In this document: piece after piece, positions 43,221 through 49,703 of the stretch
How positions within the stretch are numbered: the first letter of the stretch is position 1
Layout of the letters: the number at the start of each line of letters is the position of its first letter
IMG/VR virus record: IMGVR_UViG_3300027672_001707
Origin: an uncultured virus (IMG/VR IMGVR_UViG_3300027672_001707)
Taxonomy: Duplodnaviria; Heunggongvirae; Uroviricota; Caudoviricetes
Direction: 5' to 3' (one strand)
Length of the DNA: 49,703 nucleotides
Program-made: the position numbers and the translations under genes
Notes under the pieces: generated by a model
What the model saw: only the letters and a program-made list of their open reading frames with translations
What the model was told of the DNA's origin: nothing
Database searches by the model: none

Positions 43221-44724
43221 TACTAATGCCTAAGTGTTTTTTAATATGAACTGCAAGTTCAGGATAAACTTCTTCAAAGTTTTCTCCTCTACTTTCATCT
43301 AAAATGCGTGTACGTCTCCACATTTCAGGTAGTTCCTCTACTGTACTTCGTGCATTCATAAATTGTAACATACTATTCAATTGTTTGCAAGTGATTTCAT
43401 ATAAAGCATCAGGGCCATTGTCCCAATCTCTTGTAATCTTACCATGGTTTCTCATTTCATAATTACTGTTAGACATTTTATAGTCTCTAGGCTTACTATC
43501 ACACCATTCTTTAAACCAACCATTCATCCAATCAGTTATATACTTTGTTACATACTCTTTTGCAGGGTCTGGCAGACTAGTTACACAATAATATGCAGGA
43601 TTATGCACAGGGTGATATGTAAAGAAAGCACTTTGACTATATCGATTAAACTTAACAAAGTCTTGCTCTAAACAATACTCTATAATGTCTGTAACACTTA
43701 ACACATTTAATATTTGCCAGGTGTATGTTAACCAACACGTTACATTATCTTCTGTTTGGGTATCTAATTTTGTTATGTTCTCTTTTATCTGTGTCCACTT
43801 ACTTGGATACCTAACGTAGTCGTTTACTTTATCGATACCGTCTACACTTCCACCAATGTTAACCTGTCTAAAGTGTTTCCATTGATCTAATGCACGTTGT
43901 GGAATACTTGTAAAGTTTGTATTGTAATCGATCTCTAAGTCTTTTGCAGTACCATTATCGATATACTGTTGTAATACTTCGTACTGTTGATTAATGATTA
44001 AAGGTTCGCCTCCACTCATATATATTTGTTTTAAGTGAGGTGCATCTTTCTGAAGTATCTCTGCAACATCGATTCTGTCGCTCCAGCCATATGGACTCTT
44101 ACCAACTATTTTAGCTCGGCTACCTTGCATTTCTAAATTAACAGTGTGGTCATACGCTTTAAACTTTTTGTATCCTGTTGTCTTCATCCATTCAGTGTAC
44201 CATTGATGACTCTCAGTAGGCCCACACATACGACACTTCAAGTTACAAGTGTTATCTAAACGTAAGTCTAAGTCTAATAATGGATATTCCTCTGTGTCTA
44301 TGCTACCATCTTTGGCTGTATTCTCTATTGCATCGTCGATGTCAAACTCTTGCCAATACTTCTTTAAGTCAAGCCAACGTCGGCTGTTACTACCAGCATC
44401 ATCTTCTCTGTTACAACGAACGCAATGATCACTTCTCTTGCCTGCAATCATATCACGTCTTGTTTCTTTCATTACTTCGCTGTTACGACTATCGGCAATG
44501 CTAGTGTCTTCGATACGCATAGTAACACCGTCAGGGCCTTTACATTGTCCTCTGATGTTATTTTTTCTATTAGCCGCGGCTTGAACACACATACGATAGT
44601 CACCGTTGTTATTAACTCCTAGACTAACCCAGGGTATAGGACAAAAGCCTGAACAACCTTTATCTTTTATACTCTGTTCGTAATGTTCTGGATCTTTATA
44701 ATGTGTTCTGTCGAAGTGTTTCAT
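43213..44724 (-). CDS. Radical SAM protein with N-terminal twitch-like domain
   Basis: CPIPW...MCV...CVRC, then CNLKCRMC, SGGEP, YNTN and SVDG. Confidence 0.92.
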   Translation of the reverse strand: MKHFDRTHYKDPEHYEQSIKDKGCSGFCPIPWVSLGVNNNGDYRMCVQAAANRKNNIRGQCKGPDGVTMRIEDTSIADSRNSEVMKETRRDMIAGKRSDHCVRCNREDDAGSNSRRWLDLKKYWQEFDIDDAIENTAKDGSIDTEEYPLLDLDLRLDNTCNLKCRMCGPTESHQWYTEWMKTTGYKKFKAYDHTVNLEMQGSRAKIVGKSPYGWSDRIDVAEILQKDAPHLKQIYMSGGEPLIINQQYEVLQQYIDNGTAKDLEIDYNTNFTSIPQRALDQWKHFRQVNIGGSVDGIDKVNDYVRYPSKWTQIKENITKLDTQTEDNVTCWLTYTWQILNVLSVTDIIEYCLEQDFVKFNRYSQSAFFTYHPVHNPAYYCVTSLPDPAKEYVTKYITDWMNGWFKEWCDSKPRDYKMSNSNYEMRNHGKITRDWDNGPDALYEITCKQLNSMLQFMNARSTVEELPEMWRRTRILDESRGENFEEVYPELAVHIKKHLGISND

Positions 44725-45853
44725 AGTGTTCGCTTATATCATTGATATTTGTTTTTCTAATTCTATCTAGCATATCGTTATGTTCAAAGAACATAGCAAC
44801 TTCTTTTTCTGGTATGCCTTTTGCTTTTTTAGTAGTGTGATGTCTAACTGCTTTTAAAACTTTATCCATTGGCATACTATCGATTTTGTCTACTACAATT
44901 TGTTTGTATTCCTCAGGTAAATTAGATACCATTTGATAAGTGGGCCAAGTACAATCAATAATATTAAAGTTAATGTCTATACCATATTCTCGTTGCATAG
45001 TTTCTTTTATTTCTAACAACTCTGGATACCACTGATCAATAGTAAAACAGTCATAGACACTAAACACAATATTAGAACCAATGTTTCTAATGTTATTAAT
45101 CTTTTTAGGCATTAACATAATATTTTCTTTAATTTTATGCCAATTGGCGCCTGTTCTAATATAGTCGTATGTTTTGCCTGTGCCATCTAAACTTAATTGA
45201 ATCTTTGTTGTTTTAAATTGTTTAACTGCTTTAATCCAATTTTCATTTATGTTTGTTGCATTTGTTGTGTAACGCAAATTAATATTCTTTGCGTATCCAT
45301 TACTAATTGTCCACTCTAGTAATTTTTGTACTTGTGGATCAATAGTTGGTTCACCGCCTAATATTTTTAATACTTCTAAATCTCTAAAGGTTTCATCATT
45401 GCAAATACTTGGTAATAATTCCGATTCGTATTCAGGTATTGTCTCCATAAATTTTTTCAATTCAGGATGTTTTTTTGTTTCTTTATCGATTAAACTACTG
45501 TTACTAGAATGACACATTCTACATTTTAAGTTACATAAGTTTCCTGGTCTATAATCTAACCATTTAAGTTCAAACTTACTTGTATCTAATTTGTCAACTT
45601 CTAAATGTTTATTAAATGTTTCTCTATCACTTTCAAGACCCGCGTTTTCTAATTTGTGACAAAGTGTACAACCTTCATGCCATTCTCCGTTAAGCATTTT
45701 CTCCCTAACAGATTCTACCATTGGCGAGTTGTAATAATCTTCAGGACTTTCTGCTTTAGTCCATTTTTTAAAACTACAACACATTTTGTATTTGCCCATA
45801 CTTTCTTTATAGTATGTTGCTTGCCAAGGTGCTGAACAAATTGTATTTTTCAT
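44696..45853 (-). CDS. Radical SAM protein with N-terminal twitch-like domain
   Basis: CSAPW...MCC...CTLC, then CNLKCRMC, LGGEP, YTTN and SLDG. Confidence 0.92.
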   Translation of the reverse strand: MKNTICSAPWQATYYKESMGKYKMCCSFKKWTKAESPEDYYNSPMVESVREKMLNGEWHEGCTLCHKLENAGLESDRETFNKHLEVDKLDTSKFELKWLDYRPGNLCNLKCRMCHSSNSSLIDKETKKHPELKKFMETIPEYESELLPSICNDETFRDLEVLKILGGEPTIDPQVQKLLEWTISNGYAKNINLRYTTNATNINENWIKAVKQFKTTKIQLSLDGTGKTYDYIRTGANWHKIKENIMLMPKKINNIRNIGSNIVFSVYDCFTIDQWYPELLEIKETMQREYGIDINFNIIDCTWPTYQMVSNLPEEYKQIVVDKIDSMPMDKVLKAVRHHTTKKAKGIPEKEVAMFFEHNDMLDRIRKTNINDISEHYETLRQNTL

Positions 45854-46593
45854 TATTTTACCACCTTAATTACATCGTCGAACACAGGACGAGGGTATAC
45901 TTTTTCTACATTAACTGGCTTAAACGGAATTAGTTTTGTTTTATCTATTCTAGGATCGAAGTACTCGTGCTTTATACTAGCATCTTTTCCATACCCAACT
46001 CCCATTATAAATCTAAAGTCTAGGTTTTTAACATCACTATCGATATCGAATATCTCTTCCGCTCTAGTGTAATCTCTTTGTATGTTTTGACACATACCAG
46101 TTTGTATTCCTCTATTAGCCATTGCTAACATAATATAAGTAGACATAATACCTATTTCAATATTTTCTGTTTGCATTTGTCCTCGTTCACTACCAGCACG
46201 ATTTTGTATTTTTGCTTTTCTTTCTCTAGTGCCTACTTCCGGAAGTTCAAACGTGTCTAGGCCTCTTGTTGAGTCTGATTCGTATCTCGACTCTAAGTCT
46301 GCTACATATCTAGAACAAAATCCTATAAGCCACGGAGCAAGTACTTGAGGATTTCCTAGATCTTCTTCATCTGTTTTGTGTTCGTTTCGTTTACAAATAG
46401 TCATTATTTCTTTGCTTATCGCAGGATCATTATTCCTTAAAAGTCTTACTTGATAAGGAAACTGTAAATTTTTAGATGGTATATGTGCGAATACCTCCTG
46501 CAGAACGTCCACAAGTTCTTCCTCTGTTGGTATCTTATCTTCTTCCCAAGCAAACGTTGTGTGCCTGTTGTTTATTATATCAAGCCATTCCAT
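45853..46593 (-). CDS. Nitroreductase-family (FMN-binding) protein
   Basis: IINNRHT..F, PSKNLQFPY, APW, GI....MLA....GIQTG and MGVGY. Confidence 0.7.
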   Translation of the reverse strand: MEWLDIINNRHTTFAWEEDKIPTEEELVDVLQEVFAHIPSKNLQFPYQVRLLRNNDPAISKEIMTICKRNEHKTDEEDLGNPQVLAPWLIGFCSRYVADLESRYESDSTRGLDTFELPEVGTRERKAKIQNRAGSERGQMQTENIEIGIMSTYIMLAMANRGIQTGMCQNIQRDYTRAEEIFDIDSDVKNLDFRFIMGVGYGKDASIKHEYFDPRIDKTKLIPFKPVNVEKVYPRPVFDDVIKVVK

Positions 46594-47858
46594 TACATAT
46601 ACCTCTCTAGTTGTGGTACAAAATCTAACACATTTGTATTCCTAATTTTATCTAATGCTTTTGTATGTCTTACATACCTTGCCTTTTCGTACTCTACATC
46701 TAATTTTTGGTTTAATTCTGTTTTTAAAACTTTTAATTTCTTTTCAATATCGTTATTGTTAGCATAACGTTTAAGTAATATGTCTAACTTGCTTTGAATA
46801 ATTTGTTTATGATCTTCATCTAACCAACCAACACACAAATACATAGGATCAACTAACGGCAGTAAGTTAATTCCTTTAAACTTATCCCCGCCTGCTTCTT
46901 TGCCTATTTCATATAATTCACTATACCATTCGTCAATATTGAAAGCATTAGTAACTTGCATAACTGCATTAATGCCTTGCCATTGTAAATTCTTTATTTT
47001 AAATATGTCTTTAAAGTTTGTGATACACTTGTCGTAGTTAGAATTTGTTCTTAAGTATTCATTTAGCGATCCACTTGCGTCAAAACTTGTATTGATGGTT
47101 AACACCTTAAACTGTTCTAGCACAGGTCTTAACTTAATAGGATTAACTGTACCGTTAGTAAGCAGGTGTAAGTTTATACCTTTTGCATAACCTGTATCTG
47201 CCACACGTTGTAACATTCTAATAACACGTTTATCTACTAGTGTCTCTCCGCCAGACATTTTTAACCATTTAACATTATCTAAATCAAAATTACTCACGAT
47301 ATCAAAGTCATCACTTTCCCAGTCGATGCTGTTAACAATATCCATTGACTTTTTGTTTTGTGTAATGGTATCCCAATACCATTCTTTGCCTTGTATCTCT
47401 GGATTTGCTAAAACTTCTTTTTCAATCTTATCACTCCAAACAGTATTACAACTTCTGCATTTTAGATTGCATAGTTTACCAGGACGTAAATCAATATCTA
47501 ATGGCTTGTTATGTTTGTTGCCGTTTACAATATCTAACTCAAGTTCTTCAAAGTCTAGTTTATTTTCATAACGTTCGAGTAATTGTATTCTTTGACTTTC
47601 AGCGATGTTGTCTTTTTCTTCGTGTTCCTTACAATACCAACAAGCCTTGGGAAACTCTCCTTGCATAAAAGACTTTCTTGTGTCTTGCATCACCTCTCCA
47701 TTCCAAAACTCTTGGAAAGTGTCTTGCAAAGGCTTTGTTCCATCAAACCTGCCCACAATATCACTCATGCAACATAGTTTATGAGCTCTATTGTTTGCAT
47801 TAATGTATCCATGTACAAAGGGAGCCGGGCAGAAGTTTTTCTTATCTTTAAGCATCAA
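46593..47858 (-). CDS. Radical SAM protein with N-terminal twitch-like domain
   Basis: CPAPF...LCC...CWYC, then CNLKCRSC, SGGET, LTNGT and SFDA. Confidence 0.92.
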   Translation of the reverse strand: MMLKDKKNFCPAPFVHGYINANNRAHKLCCMSDIVGRFDGTKPLQDTFQEFWNGEVMQDTRKSFMQGEFPKACWYCKEHEEKDNIAESQRIQLLERYENKLDFEELELDIVNGNKHNKPLDIDLRPGKLCNLKCRSCNTVWSDKIEKEVLANPEIQGKEWYWDTITQNKKSMDIVNSIDWESDDFDIVSNFDLDNVKWLKMSGGETLVDKRVIRMLQRVADTGYAKGINLHLLTNGTVNPIKLRPVLEQFKVLTINTSFDASGSLNEYLRTNSNYDKCITNFKDIFKIKNLQWQGINAVMQVTNAFNIDEWYSELYEIGKEAGGDKFKGINLLPLVDPMYLCVGWLDEDHKQIIQSKLDILLKRYANNNDIEKKLKVLKTELNQKLDVEYEKARYVRHTKALDKIRNTNVLDFVPQLERYM

Positions 47859-48921
47859 TTGATCCGCATTTTGAAATACATCTGTTTATTCTAGGGTTTT
47901 CAGTTGCATCTGTTCTGTTATTAAAACTGTCTGTTAAGTCGTGCTGGAAGTATTGGTGATTTAATATATCCATTATTCCGTGTTCGTCTAAACTGTTCCA
48001 GTTAGTGTTGTATTTATTTGTATAATATTCATATTCTTTATAAATCTCAGTGCCAGGTTGTTGGTAATTATAGTACCCAGGTAAATGACAGCATTGATAT
48101 ATTCTGCCACTGTGTTCTACTTGAAATCCATAGTTCTTTTCCCTACGGAACCTACAATGTATTGTACTATCGTTAGCAAAGTCTTTAACACTTTTAATTT
48201 CTTTCTTTGCTTGTGCAACTATCTCTTGACTAATTGTACTGTTAACATTCTTACTCGTAGCACTAACACCCTTGTCTAAGTCTTGTAGACCCATTGCTTC
48301 ACGTATAATACTATGTCTTACTCTAGTATTTTTATATATAAACGCACTGAACCCCATTTCTTTACTCATACGTTTAGCATCTTCCAATTGGTGATCATTA
48401 TAATCAAAGCCAATCCATTTCCATTCAGCGTTGCCACCATTATCGATAAACGCTTTAGCATTTTCAAATACTTTGTTTAAGTCTACTCTTACTCTGTACC
48501 TGGCATGCATTTCTGGATCTATTCCATCGATGCCGAATGTAATACAACTTGTAGGATGAAAACGTTTCATTAAGTCGCCCAACTTTGTCCAAAACTCAGG
48601 CTTCTTGTAGCCTCCATTGGAATCAATGTATAACTTAATCTTAGATGCATCTTGTGTGTCAGCGATGTATTCCAATAATTCTAAACTGTGTGGGTGATAC
48701 ATACTGTCACCATAGTTGCCATCAATATTAAGTTTTCTTAAATTGGGCCATTTGATACCAAAAAGATTCTTCATATGGTCCATTGTTATTTGTCTACTAC
48801 CATGAGGAGTTATTCCACTGTTAACAAAGTGCTGTGTTCTTGCACAAGCAGGACATCTGGCATTACAAGCCGATGTAAACTCTATCATCATGTAGTTAAT
48901 TTTATCTATGTCTAAAGCCAT
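47848..48921 (-). CDS. Radical SAM protein with C-terminal SPASM-like domain (paralog of 42126..43220)
   Basis: CNARCPAC, GNYGD, FGIDG and GRIYQCCH...CISKC. Confidence 0.92.
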   Translation of the reverse strand: MALDIDKINYMMIEFTSACNARCPACARTQHFVNSGITPHGSRQITMDHMKNLFGIKWPNLRKLNIDGNYGDSMYHPHSLELLEYIADTQDASKIKLYIDSNGGYKKPEFWTKLGDLMKRFHPTSCITFGIDGIDPEMHARYRVRVDLNKVFENAKAFIDNGGNAEWKWIGFDYNDHQLEDAKRMSKEMGFSAFIYKNTRVRHSIIREAMGLQDLDKGVSATSKNVNSTISQEIVAQAKKEIKSVKDFANDSTIHCRFRREKNYGFQVEHSGRIYQCCHLPGYYNYQQPGTEIYKEYEYYTNKYNTNWNSLDEHGIMDILNHQYFQHDLTDSFNNRTDATENPRINRCISKCGSIDA

Positions 48922-49631
48922 TTATTAATATTCACTCGTTTGAATTGTTCTGTATCACGTATTATATTTGCCAACATTAATGCCATGCCTTTATGTTGTA
49001 TATGATTTAAATGATTATTAACGTCCATAGGAGTTACCTTTTTATCAGGATCCTTTTCATCAGCAGTACAAATATCAAATAATGTTGGATGTATTGTAAC
49101 AGCGTTTTTAAAGTTAAAGTCATTTAATGTTACATCTATATAATCAAAGTCAAAGCAAAAGAAGTTAATGAATTTAATATGTGGCATACTAGGATATAAT
49201 ACTGCATCAACATACTGTAATAAGTCGTATGCTTTAGCACATTCTCTACCTTCATCAATTAAATTATACTTAATCATATTAGAAACTGTGTCTTGCTTTG
49301 CTTTAAGTTCGGGAGCGAAAATAGGTGTTTTAAAGAACTCCTCATCACAAAGTGCCGGATCGTTCATACGCCAATCTCTTACATACTCTGGAGCATACAT
49401 TCTAAATGGATGGCTCCACCCTACTATACAATATTTAATATCATTATAATAGTCTTGGTTCTTTAAATCTTTTACTTGATCTAACTGTCTCCAAAAACCA
49501 GTGCCGCCAATTGCAGTGTTATGTATTGCAAACTGTGTTGGATCTATAGCACGGTCTAGCCAATTACGTTTAGTTTTAGTAAAAAAACTATCGCCAATAA
49601 TTCGAATTACAGGATTAGGTGTGTTACTCAT
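48912..49631 (-). CDS. SGNH/GDSL-like hydrolase or acyltransferase
   Basis: IIGDSF, NTAIGGTG and C-terminal NNHLN..QH. Confidence 0.7.
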   Translation of the reverse strand: MSNTPNPVIRIIGDSFFTKTKRNWLDRAIDPTQFAIHNTAIGGTGFWRQLDQVKDLKNQDYYNDIKYCIVGWSHPFRMYAPEYVRDWRMNDPALCDEEFFKTPIFAPELKAKQDTVSNMIKYNLIDEGRECAKAYDLLQYVDAVLYPSMPHIKFINFFCFDFDYIDVTLNDFNFKNAVTIHPTLFDICTADEKDPDKKVTPMDVNNHLNHIQHKGMALMLANIIRDTEQFKRVNINKWL

Positions 49632-49702
49632 TAAAGTTGTTTCTCTTTCATTGCTTTTTTAAACAAGGATATACCGTGATTAATCTTGTACTCATAAGAT
49701 TC
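49631..49702 (-). CDS. 3' end of an upstream gene (truncated by window edge)
   Basis: Open frame ...ESYEYKINHGISLFKKAMKEKQL ending in a TAATG overlap with the SGNH gene. Confidence 0.5.
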   Translation of the reverse strand, partial: ESYEYKINHGISLFKKAMKEKQL

Positions 49703-49703
49703 T

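Noticed and set aside
38656..48921. Stop-codon reassignment or selenocysteine readthrough explaining the split radical-SAM gene
   Set aside because: Genes are full length under the standard code, TAA, TAG and TGA all serve as stops, and the split halves are in different frames.
1..49703. Bacterial chromosome or prophage origin
   Set aside because: T4-like polymerase, clamp and RNase H, late-promoter boxes, many small orphans, and no integrase or housekeeping operons indicate a lytic phage genome.

Overview
This AT-rich, densely coding window comes from a large lytic dsDNA phage with T4-like replication and late-promoter features; host-like genes suggest a marine proteobacterial host, which is inference only. 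No tRNA, rRNA, CRISPR array or mobile element was seen. (1) 1-11.7 kb: the end of a family-B DNA polymerase and a sliding clamp are followed by a 7-deazaguanine DNA-modification locus: TGT/DpdA-like transglycosylase, two NAD(P)-dependent oxidoreductases, a DpdL-like T-fold protein, a GT-B glycosyltransferase whose motifs resemble queuosine mannosyltransferase QTMAN/DUF3524, a HIT hydrolase, folE and yhhQ. queD and queE lie at 18.8-20.1 kb, and no queC is in the window. (2) 11.7-31.5 kb: early and accessory genes behind a repeated sigma70-like promoter, including a lipidated subtilisin autotransporter, an exported histidine phosphatase, a PRTase, RNase H and a MoxR AAA + VWA/metallopeptidase pair. 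(3) 31.5-35.2 kb: thyX, a methyltransferase, iscU and sulfotransferase-like paralogs. (4) 35.2-49.7 kb on the minus strand: one tightly coupled operon with eight radical-SAM genes, a nitroreductase-like gene, nfuA, sufE, cspA and an adenylation-domain gene. The best candidates for an undescribed system are a clamp-tethered, possibly glycosylated 7-deazaguanine DNA hypermodification pathway (the DpdA-like protein and the polymerase share a C-terminal FNxLF motif) and the radical-SAM array with its own Fe-S supply. All functional calls come from motif recognition by eye, without database searches.
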